DNA of 63,720 bases, the filler included, from Lenisia limosa (lineage: Eukaryota; Protista; Breviatea): NCBI GenBank assembly GCA_001655205.1. It is 14 parts of 14 records of this genome, joined end to end, with 100 filler letters (N's around TTAATTAATTAA, not from the genome) between each part and the next. Parts side by side here need not be neighbours in the genome. Positions count along the whole stretch, not along the records: positions 21,035 to 29,280 come from LPNZ01008507.1; positions 29,381 to 33,541 come from LPNZ01008789.1; positions 33,642 to 35,871 come from LPNZ01010930.1; 11 more parts are not named here. One strand, 5' to 3'. The notes under the pieces were generated by a model, which saw only the letters and a list, made by a program, of their open reading frames with translations, was not told the DNA's origin and did no database searches. The position numbers and the translations under genes are program-made. This document shows positions 23,494 through 35,971 of the stretch, in pieces. How positions within the stretch are numbered: the first letter of the stretch is position 1; each line of letters begins with the position of its first letter.

Positions 23494-26400
23494 ATGGCAG
23501 TTCTTGAGGAAGGTATACAGCTATCAACAAAAGAAAACTATTGTATTCAAAAATTATTTCTTAACATATAAATCATAAATCCAATGGTGAACATTACCAA
23601 CCTTTATAGATGAAATGGCAGTGGCCCTGAATCAGCAGGAATACTGGGAGAGCCAAGTCAGAATCATTCGAAATCAACTGGTGGGGGGGGGGGGGTTTNN
23701 NNNNNNNNNNNNNNNNNNNNNNNNNNNNNNNNNNNNNNNNNNNNNNNNNNNNNAAATTTATAAATATACATGTTCATCACTGTAGCAGTCTAATTCTTGA
23801 TAATTATTCGGACTCCGTTTAATTAATTTTTCAAATTAATTTGAGAGAAAATTTGAATTCATGAATCGGACCTTGTGAATATAACTCCATTTCAGATAAT
23901 TTAATTTCGAAAATTAACATGAAGAAATACAAGCACAGAGTCCAAAATTATTCGAAATTGCATAGAGTCCGAATTATTATGTTTCCTGCCCCTTTCTTCA
24001 CTCTGCGTCTTGTGATCCTTGATTACAGTCAGGTTAATGCTCAAAAAGAAGCAACTGCCGCCTCAAAGAGAGTTACACAACTGGAGAAGCAAGCAGCTGA
24101 GGTCAGTCAATGGGACCACGCGGGAGTTCCCTTCAAGTATTTCTTGCGTCCGGATTTTAACCCACCAGCTTGAGAACCGCAAGACTGATTGGGCTGCCTC
24201 ATTTGAATGGTCTGAAAAAGTCCAAACTGTCACTAAGTCTGTTTTTGGAATTAGTCACTTCAGACCTTTCCAAATCGAAGTCTAAGGGGCATGAGAGTTA
24301 TAGTACTACTTTATGGTTTTCCCAAGAGATTGAATTTGACGAATCCTCGATTCGACATTCTGCTGTTATTTTTTGATTGTGAAGTAAAGAGCATTCTTCT
24401 GTTTTGAGTTCACTGCTATAGGCTGTTAATTCATTGCTCTGCAACAAAGATGTTTTTGCAATCCTGCCAACAGGATCTGGGAAAAGGTATTTTGGAAACT
24501 GTAATTTTATGGTTTAGTTTGATTTATCAGGTCACGGCTTTGGTCTCTGGAGGGGTGACCATTGTCATTTCACCTTTGATTGCGCTTATTGAAGATCAAG
24601 TTGCCAATTTAAGTAAGTATATTGCTAAATGCATAATCTACACCTAAAATTCCGATTATTTATTACCTAGAACAGCTCAATGTTAGCGTTGAAGGACTTA
24701 CATCAGCCACATCAAAAGAAGAAGTAAGCTAAGAATGGATTTTTCGAAATAGGAATGATTAGATTGGTTTCTCAGCGATTTAGGTTACCCGTATTTTGAA
24801 CGAACTCACAAACCCAAAGTCCACTTTGAAACTGATTTATGTCACCCCTGGTTAGGATTCCTGTGTTTGAAGTTACCAAATAATTGGCGACCTTGAAGAT
24901 GGCAATGTAAAAACGGGGTTTAAAGTAAATTAGTACTTTACTCTATCAATACTGTACTTTGTGACACCTATGGGGTCAATCGCATTTGGACAAACCAGTG
25001 TACATAGCAGTATGTATTGTGGTAACAAACTCAATACGATCCATAATCTGAATGAATTCTTAACTTACTCTTCAGAGCGTTTCTCCAAATCACAGAGGTT
25101 TAAGGCAAAGCTTGAGAAAGTCTACCAGCAAAATCGCCTCGATTGTTTTGTTATTGATGAAGCTCACTGCTGCTCTGAAGTGGGTTCCTTTATAGCTTAG
25201 CATTTCTTTGAAAAGTTTCGGGGTTCATTGCACTCCAGTGGGGTCATGACTTTCGCCCAGACTACCTTAAGCTTGGTATCCTCAGAACCTCTTTCCCTAA
25301 CGTAAGCTTCTATGCTTTAAGACAATTGTCATATCGTAATCAAGATTGATACTCAATTTTGCTTTAAGAACAGACCTTAGTAGTTTTTCAAAGTGTTCCG
25401 ATAGTTTTATTGAAAAGGGGGGAAGCAATATTTCTTAGTCTTCAGGTAAAAATTCTATGCTGCACTGCTACGGCAACACCAAGTACTGTAGGTATGATAA
25501 CCTCTTTGGGATAAGTACTACATAGTATGTAATATATCTTCACGCTAAACAATACTTGATTTTGGTTGTGGAAGGTATAATCCAAATACCCATCAGGGGT
25601 GGAGGGGTAAGGGTATTGTATGTGGAGTGGGGGGGGGGTGGAGGTATAGGGTTGGTGGTGAAATGATCTTGACAGTCTGCAAATCCCCCTCCCCCAACTG
25701 ATTGCCCCAGTTCTCTTTCAGAGTTTAAATTAAGATATTTAGATGATGTAGTAGATATTTTGACACTCAAACAACCGGTTCTCTTCAGGTCCTCTTTTGA
25801 GCGAACTAATCTCAACCTTTCGGTTAGTTACATATTTTGAAACAGTTCCTTGATGCAATGAAATGTGGAAATTTGATACTATACATAGTATACTATATCA
25901 TATGATATCATATATTAATTTCGACATTTTATGATATATCATGTATTATACTTAAGAGAAAAAAAATATTGCATGCCTGGTTATTTTTTTATTTGTCTGT
26001 TTCTGTTTTCGCTTCTGCTGCAATGATATATTATGTAGGTTCTTGCAAAAGATGAGTCTTCCCCACATGACCAAATTGCAAGAATTATCCGCACTAGTTT
26101 TCACAGTAAGGCTGCCCCTTGTTTCGTTGTATTTTATGTTGAGTGAAAGGGAAAATGATGTAAATCGTTTAATATTATTGAATTGTAGACCAACAAGGAA
26201 TCATTTATGTCATTTCACGTTCTGACGCGGAGCACTTTTCTGAGGTATTCATGTTTATTTTGATTTGTGAAAATAATAATATACATATTACATAATATAT
26301 TATATCATATAGTATAGTATATATATATTAGTACCATATATAACGTGATACGTTAAGCACCTTCGACTCAACGGCATTTCTTCTTCGTTTTACCATGGGA

Positions 26401-28392
26401 ACTGTACACCGGAATGGAGGCAGTCCGTGCATTCTGAGTGGCGAACTGGGCACATCAAGGTATGCTAATCTGACCTCTTGTACTTTATAATATTTGAAGC
26501 TATTACTAAACGAAATTTATTTGTGTGGTGGAAATTTAATCGATAAGGTCGTTGTTGCAACAAACGCACTAGGAATGGGCGTTGATATGCCTGAAATCCG
26601 ATTTGTGTTCCATGCCTCAGTGCCTAAGGCGCTCTTCTCGTACTACCAAGAAGCTGGTCGAGCCGGGCGGTTAGCTAGCATTGTGCATTTTTTCCTGCAT
26701 GTCTCATATAGTAAACTAAATCATGAATTAACCCAAAAGGGACGGGAAAGAGGCCTGGTGTATACTGTTTTTCAGTCTTGCAGATTTTGTTCGACAGTCA
26801 TCAATCGTATGCTTTGGTTGTTAAGCCACTTTTGTGATATATTTTTATTGCAATATTCAGTGGTAAAAATAATGAGAATATATGTTTATTGTTTAGTCAT
26901 ATGGCGAGAGACACGCATCAAGTCATCAACATTCTGTTCTGAGATACGTTGAAACATCAAGCTGCAGGTTTGAGGAGAATTTCTTCAAACCTCTTGCGGT
27001 GGCTTGCATTAAACCAACTCTGTACCCACTTCATTAGGTGGGAACAAATGGCACAAGAATTCCATGAACCCTGGGAGTCCACTCGCGTTTGCAGCTGTGA
27101 TAATTGTCGATCTCCTCAGCCTGAAAGGTAAACGAACGGGGCAATGGAGGGTATTATTATTAGAGGCATTTCTTGTTTTACGCTTTCCAGTACCTTCCCG
27201 TCTTCTTTGTGTCATCAGCTTATTGATTGCCTGAATGGAATTTCAACAAAACAAGCGAAGTGGGTATTCTATCAACATGCTTTGTGACTGATGACTGTTT
27301 AGAGTGACAATTGCGTTTCTTCTCGATGTTTTTTCTGGTAAATTCATTCGAAAATGGCCTGATAGTAAGCTATTTTTCTTGGTATTCAATCTTCTAAACG
27401 TTTAGTCCAAAGAAATGCAAATATTTCAAGAGCAATATTGGATCGCTTGACCATTCAACTTCTCCTTACTGGTATGCGGGGGTCTTTGAGTTTCAATCTG
27501 AACGCCAGTCTTCCTTGTATTGGATGCATACCATTTGAACATAAACTTTCAAGGACACCTTGCCCAGTACTTTGTATTTTCGCCATATGGTACTAACGCC
27601 TATGTCCGGACACGGCATTCAAAGTCTCAGTTACCCACTACGTACTTGAACCTTCCAGCGGTTGGGAATGGATTTCTCTTTATATCTCTTCAATTTTTTT
27701 TCAAAAATCTTCCAAAATAGTGTCCACCCCAGGAGGCGTACATCGATATATTCTTACGAATGGGCAGTAAAGATGCGCCTTTTAGGGGTGAAACCAGTGG
27801 ATTCAATTCCCGCACTTGTCAGCTTTTTATTATTTCAAAAACAAACTTGTTTTAGTGTGAGTTTCAGTATCAAACGTAACAGCTGCAAAGAGGTGTTGAT
27901 TTCTGAAGGCAAGAAAGTGTAACAATCGATTTAAAACACTTTCGCAACTTCTTCTGATCAACTTCTGATGGATATTATTCAACATTTAATAAGCTCTTGA
28001 ATATTGCTTCTTATTTCTCATTACAACTAAAATAATATGTACAATTGAAGGCTCGGTTAATGTCAGATTTCGCTCAGTTTTCTGGCACCTGAGTTGCCTT
28101 TTCTCGGATTTTTTTATTTTGAACCTGAGTACGTTTTCCTCAATTCCGCCTCTGTAGAAACTCCAGTCACAAAATTTAAGGATTTCACCTTGACTCGCCA
28201 TACTTTGTATATCATATTATATATACCTCCTAAATCCATCAATTTTTCATGTTTTTACTTTCAAGGAAATCGCAGATGGAGAGCTGCAACAGTCTCAACA
28301 GTAAGCGACTTCCAGACTTGGCTTTACCTTTCAGGACTAAAAAGAGGGCTCTTATTGAGTTATCTGATGATGATGAGTTTGAATTGTCCTGA
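23494..28392 (+). CDS. RECQL: RecQ DNA helicase, RECQL1-like
   Basis: [89 protein letters not shown] Zn motif; short N-terminal coiled coil. Confidence 0.93.
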
Positions 28393-28596
28393 ATGGAAAC
28401 TGCTACGCTGACGATAATGAAGGAGCCGTATTTTGTGGAAAGTAGCACGATTTGGCATTTGTATTAGACGTGGTTGAATTATTTAATTGGATGGCTTAAA
28501 AAGTTTGAATAAAGATCAAAAAAGAAGAATTTTGAGCAAGTGTAATTCATCCCACTTATATAAGTTCACAAAACTTTGGGAAATAAATAATAAAGT

Positions 28597-29280
28597 TTAG
28601 AAGTCAATTTCGTCCCACTCGGGGTCATCTTCACCCTGTTCCTTTGCTTGTTGCNNNNNNNNNNNNNNNNNNNNNNNNNNNNNNNNNNNNNNNNNNNNNN
28701 NNNNNNNNNNNNNNNNNNNNNNNNNNNNNNNNNNNNNNNNNNNNNNNNNNNNNNNNNNNNNNNNNNNNNNNNNNNNNNNNNNNNNNNNNNNNNNNNNNNN
28801 NNNNNNNNNNTGTTGTCCGGCGGCGAGACTGTCAAAGTCGTCCTGGGCGTCACCCTTGGCCTTCACGGCGGCAAGAACCTTGGTCACCTGGGGAGGGGTG
28901 AATTACGAGCAAAATCATATTAACTCTATTGGCGAAANNNNNNNNNNGAGAAGAAAAAAAAAACGAGGGGGGGGGAGGGGGGCAAACCAGATTATTCTTT
29001 CAAAACCTGCAAACCTCATCGGCTTCGATCTCTTCAACGCCTTCACCAAAGAAATGGACGTACTTCTCAGCCGACATCACGAGGGCCGACAGGGACGCGA
29101 CAACCTCTGCTTCTTTTGTAGCCTACAGCGGGTTATGGTGTGAAGTATTGAAGATGTAAATCAAGAAATATGACAAAAATGGGCAACGGTAAACGGAATA
29201 TTACTGTTAAAAAATCACCTTGAGTCCGGTCTCAGCAAGTTTACGAGCCTTCTTGAGGCATTCAATCAGACGGTCTCCGT
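28597..29280 (-). CDS. VPS35: Retromer subunit VPS35, C-terminal fragment (divergent)
   Basis: DGDRLIECLKKARKLAE...SAEKYVHFFGEG...EWDEIDF-TAA aligns to the VPS35 tail (DGKRVLECLQ.AL.IA...NRY.YF...Y..I). Confidence 0.7.
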
Positions 29281-29399
29281 NNNNNNNNNNNNNNNNNNNN
29301 NNNNNNNNNNNNNNNNNNNNNNNNTTAATTAATTAANNNNNNNNNNNNNNNNNNNNNNNNNNNNNNNNNNNNNNNNNNNNGGTCGAAAATTGAGTAAAT

Positions 29400-32300
29400 A
29401 TCATAATGTATATTTGGACGACCGTCATGTGGAGAGTGAATTGAAAAAATTGCTATGTGTCTGGGAGGAAGGTAACTGAAAAACAAACTGCTCTCTTTTT
29501 TTGGACATCAAGGAAGCCCTACTTGTAACCCTTTTATTAGATCTCTGACGAATACGAGGACATTTTGGAGAACCTTAACAAGGCGGATACCAGGCTTGAA
29601 GAAGCCCTCACGTGGGGGGTGTAACCCTAGATATAATATTATTAATTGTTTTAATTTTGTGTAATTTTTAATATTTAAGGTATTTCTTTGCTCTTAAAAA
29701 GGGGCTTTGATTACTCCGTTCATTTTTTATTCCTCACTTCTACAAACATACAGTGACCGGGATAAGTTTTGACTGATTTGCTATGCTGTATGATTTTTCA
29801 AGGAAAATCGGTCAAGGCTTATCCCGGACACTGGGCATATTACATATTATCTCAAGAATCTCTGGAGCAAAGATCGAGTTTTTGAGCCTCACTTTGATCC
29901 ATCCTTTCACAAACGAATCGAACTTGTACATCTTTAATTGTGTTTCATTTCTGCCATATTCACATTTGAAACTTCCTTCTTTTTATTCATTATCCATCTC
30001 TGGAGTGCTCTTTCCTTTCTTAGCTGCCCTTCTTTCTTCTTTTGTTCTTTGACATGTTTCCTTCATTCTAGTCTTCGAAATACAAGTGACATTCGACACA
30101 ATATACCCAATCACATGAATGTCAATAAAAGTGATATAACATATAAATAATATTACCTAGGGAAGAGGCGGCGCTCAGACGGCATATCTCCGACCTCCAG
30201 GAAAAAGAGAACAGAACAAAAGAGGCTGTAGCCGAGGTTGAGGCTCGGATTGCTCTGGCTCGGATAGAGGAGAAAGACGCACGAGACGACTCAGAAATGG
30301 TATTAGGGGGACTGCTTAGCCTAGTCATTGAATCGAAAAAGAATTTTAACGCCGGCGTTAGAATAACGTGAGAAATTGACAGACTGAGGGGATCTATTCA
30401 TATAAGGGGGATCGTGTTTTGCTAACCAAAATTGTTGATTTTGTCATAAATTTTCCACTTTTATCGTGTTTGTTGTTACCTGTTTTTTGTTTGGAGTTTC
30501 AGATTATTCGGTTCGTAATTAGTACCTTTACGGCTAATATTCTTCATCGAAATTTCCTTCGTTTTACACCCCCCCCCCTCAGGTTAACAGGGACCTGAGT
30601 CGACTGAGGGAGTCACGGAAGGACATTGAAGAAGAGTCCCTCGCCCTGGCTGATGTACTTGATAAACTGAAGGTGGGTGGATTGGTATGGAACTCAAATC
30701 CAATATCTCTAAAAAGCGTGCGTGATGGTGTGGGCGGCTTCAGCCAGATACTATAATCCAATATCCCTGATAAGCATGATGGTGTGTAGACCAGATACAA
30801 CCATATTTACTTTACTATTATCTTTATTAACGTGATGAAGGCTTCGACCGGATACAAACTTGTTTAATTTCTCATCCCAGTGGTGATGATTTTAGGAAGG
30901 AATAAAATTCGTCCACTTATCCTAAGTCAATTTGAAACATTATACCAGTCTATGATAAAAACCTTTAATTCCCGCAGAAAATCATCCCAGGAATACAACA
31001 ATATTCCCTAAATACCTGCAGATAATACCAAGAATATAACACTGTTCCTTTTGTAAAAAGAGCACTATTATCCCACCTATCCCACCTCCATGGTTTGTTC
31101 TGCTTCCAAATTCACCACCCCACCACCCCTCATAGAAGGAACACACGACTGTTTTGTCATCTCTTGCTGCGTCTACCAACCATGCTGAAGAGGCCCTACA
31201 AGTGGGGAGGGGGGTACCATTGAAGAGGGCGTACAAGTGGGTAGAGCTTCACTTTCAGTTCCGAAACACCTATAAAATATATCGGGGATTTATCGAGAAT
31301 TCAGTCTTTTTTGGAACCGAAAGTGAAGCTTTACAAGTGGGGAAGGAATCTATTGAATTGTAGTTTGCGGTGTAGGGATGGTGATGGGTAAGACATAAGC
31401 TCTGATATGTATAATATGCAGAAAGCAGTGAAATGGTTTATAATCAGATTTCTGCACCTTCTCCACTTACCATATTAGGAAGTTTCGCACCTTGTCGACA
31501 CCGTCGGAGCAGACGAAACAGCGCTCTTTGCGTCATTGGACGCCACGCGCTCGCTCAGAACGCAAGCTTCTGCACTGCAGGAGGAGGCGGAATCGTGGGG
31601 GAGGGGGATATTCTTTTTTTTTTGGGGGGGGGTTCTCATCTCTTTTTTATGGTCTGTGTATCGGAGTTGGGGTTTTATTGTGGTTGAGGGCTCTCACTTA
31701 ATCTTCACTTCGTTTCNNNNNNNNNNNNNNNNNNNNNNNNNNNNNNNNNNNNNNNNNNNNNNNNNNNNNNNNNNNNNNNNNNNATACCAATATAATATCG
31801 ATACTTTTCGATGATTATTCGAATAATTCAGGTTTTGTTGTTATCAGCCGTCGTGTATTGGCAGCAAACAGAGTTGATTTTGGGCTATATTTTTTTAATC
31901 CCCCTCCAGTGAAATGCAGGAAGCCCGAAATCGACTAGAAGCTGTCATAGCAAAAGCCGAAGACACTGAATTGATCTACCATGTGGGGGGGCCAGGTATA
32001 TTACTTAATGGTTTGCACGCAGAAAGCTGTGTACACAAAGTTGTAAGGCAAATGATTGGGTGAATTAATATAATACTATAATTAATATCGCTTATAAGCG
32101 TGATANNNNNNNNNNNNNNNNNNNNNNNNNNNNNNNNNNNNNNNNNNNNNNNNNNNNNNNNNNNNNNNNNNNNNNNNNNNNNNNNNNNNNNNNNNNNNNN
32201 NNNNNNNNNNNGATCCACAAACTCAGTATATTTTACTCAAAATACTCCAAATTCATCATAAAACTGATCACTCGGTCAAAACTAGGGCTTCACTTACACA

Positions 32301-33541
32301 CCGAAGTGAAGCCCTCGTCATAGCACCATAAATCTATCATAAAACTGATCACTCAGATCACCTCACAAGTCGTTGAAATGGTCAACAATCGAGACCTTGG
32401 CCCGACTGATGACGTCACCGTGCTGGCCGGCCGGACCTACGACCAATTATGCCGCGATGCGGGGTGGGGGGGGGGAGGGGTAACTGGAAACGATATTTTT
32501 ATAATAATTATAAATAACGGACTACGTGCAGTAAATTTTTTGGAGAAATTAATTGACATTGAAATCAAAATGTCTGAAATTGAGTTTACATTGCGTTATG
32601 TCGCACTTCAAATTTTGTAATTATATATAGTATTCTAAATTAATTTCACGGAGCTCAAATAATAACGCCATCATTACGGCTTCACTTTGGTTCGAAAAAC
32701 ACCAGTAAAATATCGATAATTTTCGAAGATTTATCGTGAAATTCAGTCTTTTGCGAAGTGAAGCTCTACTTACCATTATGGAATACTTCCCCCCTCACCC
32801 CTTCAGGCAGGAGCCGGAACATTTGAGCTACGGTCACTCTCAACAAAACTCATCGGTAAGGGGATGACGGGATAAAATGAGCTTTATTGTTCTCTGTTGA
32901 TATTGTTATGTTGATATTTTATTGAAAGAGGGAATACAAATACATAATTGTTTTCTTTTGTTGAGGATGATCATTTACCTTCCAGGCCGACAGAGGCGAC
33001 TATAGAACGCGACTCTCTGAGGAAAACGTGAGTTTGCTTTTGTGCTCTGTTGCTGATGTCAAAAAGCGTTTTCACCTTTCTTTATACATTTTCAGTTTAT
33101 AATAAATACAAAAACAATTACTTCTCATCCCTCCCTCTGTCATTAAGTGTTTGAAAAGTGAACTAATTATAACTATCCTCACTCATCCCCCCAGTCCCCT
33201 CCCGTATTGAATCGGCCGTCTACATTCGACTCAATCGGAGCGGACGTCTCCCATCTTCTTGCAGGTGTGTGTCCTTCACTTCGGTTCAAAAAAAGACTGA
33301 ATTTCTCCAAATATCCTCGAAAATCATCGGTTTTTTATCGGTCTTTTTCAAACCGAAGTGAAGCCCTAATTCTCTCCAATCCTCGGAAGCTCTGACTCGT
33401 ATTCTCACAACCTTATCCAGAATGTAATAGAATATTATACTTATCGAGGATTTATCAAGGATTTATATATTTTCGCCTTTCTATGTACTCTATATTTTTT
33501 CAACATGATATTATTCCTCACCTCTCCCCACAGCATCCGAG
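29400..33541 (+). CDS. Uncharacterised coiled-coil protein (partial, about 10 exons)
   Basis: Phase-consistent exons ISDEYEDILENLNKADTRLEEALT, EEAALRRHISDLQEKENRTKEAVAEVEARIALAR, VNRDLSRLRESRKDIEEESLALADVLDKLK, EMQEARNRLEAVIAKAEDTELIYH. Confidence 0.7.
29751..29832. mobile_element. MITE family C (Tc1/mariner-like, ~75-82 bp)
   Basis: CAGTGACCGGGATAAG...CTTATCCCGGACACTG, preceded by TA. Confidence 0.8.
30481..30582 (+). repeat. Intron 3'-end cassette family D
   Basis: TTTGGAGTTTCAGATTATTCGGTTCGT...CTTCATCGAAATTTCCTTCGTTTTAC-C-tract-CAG; homologous to 58963-59070 (-), shorter matches at 38842-38879 (+) and 62649-62684 (-), each ending at the acceptor AG. Confidence 0.85.
31242..31333. mobile_element. 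MITE family A copy with perfect 8-bp TSD
   Basis: CAAGTGGG at 31234-31241 and 31334-31341 flanking TAGAGCTTCAC...GTGAAGCTTTA. Confidence 0.9.
32283..32316. mobile_element. MITE family A, internally deleted (TIRs only)
   Basis: TAGGGCTTCACTTACACACCGAAGTGAAGCCCTC. Confidence 0.75.
32675..32768. mobile_element. MITE family A copy
   Basis: TACGGCTTCACTTTGGTTCG...GAAGTGAAGCTCTA. Confidence 0.85.
33269..33368. mobile_element. MITE family A copy (left end degraded)
   Basis: CTTCACTTCGGTTC...AACCGAAGTGAAGCCCTA immediately after a splice donor. Confidence 0.8.
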
Positions 33542-33723
33542 NNNNNNNNNNNNNNNNNNNNNNNNNNNNNNNNNNNNNNNNNNNNTTAATTAATTAANNN
33601 NNNNNNNNNNNNNNNNNNNNNNNNNNNNNNNNNNNNNNNNNATATATATATATATATATTGAAAGCTGAATGTTCTCCTTTCCTCAAATCGGTTTATTAT
33701 TACTGACTCTAAACAACCTACAG

Positions 33724-35848
33724 GTCCATGAATTAACATGTATTACGGCCGCTAGTCAGGTCCAGAAGTATGTTGTCACTGGTGATGCTGGAGAAGAAGC
33801 CATGCTTGTTGTCTGGGATGTGGAGGCAAGGTTTGAAGATGGTGTCATTTTCTTTCGCATTAATTCAAAATAGTGGTCTACATTTTATTTCATTATAGGG
33901 CACCCATCAAGTCTATCTTCCAGCCACATGGGAACGGAATTGTTGCTGTTGCCATGAGTGCTGATGCCAAGTATATCGCATCACTTTCAGCACGTAGGAT
34001 CCAATTAGTTGTACTTTGTATTAATCATCAACACTTACCTTTTTAGCTCAAAATGGTGAAGCACAAGAACTTGCTGTGTGGGACTGGACCAACTCGGACG
34101 AACCGCTTATTGTGTCAGACATTGTACCAGGCTCTTCTCTCCATGTAGGCATTTATCTTGCTTTTCGCACTCTTTGTTGCATCGTATGGTGTATTCGTTT
34201 ATCCTCTAACACACCAGCATTGTATAGTCTTCAATAAATGGGACAATTCAGAGTTCGTTACCAATTCTCCGAAAAAGGTGGGTGGATACATACAATATTT
34301 TGATGAGCCGAAACCTTTGATTTTAAATTTAGACACTTACCCTTCAGCTGACATTCTGGAAGTGGGATACGACAGGGCTAACAAGCCAATCACCAAGCCT
34401 CCGCCCTGCTGATCTACGACAGCCTGTTGCCGACCTCACGGTCACAAATTTCTTGAGTGTATGGGGGAGGGAAATGCTAGCGTTGGAGTTCCTTCTGTTT
34501 CTAATGACATTTTGGAATAGCTGTATCATAATCAACTTGTCTGAGCTTTGTTTTTCTTTTCCTTTTGAGTTGATGGTTTTAAATTAATTGTTGAATTCCA
34601 TTTTACAAAAGAGTTATAATTTTCCTAAATTTTCATTTCTTTCCAATGAGAATATTTTAATGACTTAAATCACATTTGTAGTCTTCAGTTAATTCTCTTA
34701 CCCCCACCCAGAGCGATATGGTGGTGACAGGAACGTGCGAGGGAGTTGTGATCATGTGTCAATATGCAACCGGTAGTTCCGAGCCACCAAACCCAGAATC
34801 CGGCCCAGCACTCCGTCCCAGACTTCCAGTGAAGGTAGTGGAAAGCTATCTACTTTTTTTATATGTGGGGAGAGAAAGTGTAATGCTCCAGGTGCTGCCT
34901 CTGCATAACTCCTCTGTTGTTGGCCTCTATGGGCACGGGTCTCTCCTAATTACCTGTATGCCACATGAGCAGGAAATAGCTGGAAATGGAATTCGGCGCT
35001 ACAGAGTCTGGACTTCGGTTTTTTTTTTTTATTTTTTATTTTTTTTATTTCAATCCCCTATATCTGAACTTCATAAATACCCATTACACCCCCCCCCCCC
35101 CAAGGNNNNNNNNNNNNNNNNNNNNNNNNNNNNNNNNNNNNNNNNNNNNNNNNNNNNNNNNNNNNNNNNNGTCTGACTGGCTGGGTTGAGGACCTTCAGT
35201 TGCCTGATAGGTATGTACCCAAGGGATATTACTCCAGGATCTCATGGACCGATTATATTATACTAACCATTTTGTGTATTAACTGCTTAAGAGTCGAACT
35301 CTCCAATGCCAAAGAAGGTGAAAAGGGTTGGGGTGTCAACTCAATGACTCTTGCTCCCATTCTCACTGAAGAAATCCCAATTCATGAAAAGGTGGCGAGG
35401 ATTGGACTTCCTGAACAATTTGGTTTTCTCACCAACTGCTTTTCTTTCATTATAATGATGTCGCTTCAAAATTGACTGCCCTGGGCTTTGTATACAATCC
35501 CTTTGAGTTGATTAGTTGTTTTGCTTGCTTTCTCTTTCTCTATATTTTTTTTATCCCTCAGCTTCTTGGAAATGCTAGCCTTACACCACCCGGACTTCTT
35601 TTGGCGACTACAAATGCCTTAGTTGTTGAGGTTTACAGGGCTCTGCGTTAAATTCAGAATCATTATCGTTACTTTCCGATGTAACACATCAACTCCCTTC
35701 CAACAGTGTTTAGGTATCAGCAGATAGTTGGTTGTTGTGTGATGATCAAAGTGCCTCCCCTGCCCCTACATCTTGTTCAGTACTCATCGAGGGTGACGAG
35801 GGAGCAATTCAAGCAGTTGCTGCGCATCCTTCTCTGAGCGTTTTCGCA
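33724..35848 (+). CDS. CFAP251: Cilia- and flagella-associated protein 251 (WDR66), internal fragment
   Basis: YVVTGDAGEEAMLVVWD, GTPIKSIFQPHGNGIVAVAMSADAKYIASLS, QELAVWDWT, FNKWDNSEFVTNS, GDEGAIQAVAAHP. Confidence 0.8.
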
Positions 35849-35971
35849 GTGAGGGGGAATTGGAAAATTCANNNNNNNNNNNNNNNNNNNNNNNNNNNNN
35901 NNNNNNNNNNNNNNNTTAATTAATTAANNNNNNNNNNNNNNNNNNNNNNNNNNNNNNNNNNNNNNNNNNNN

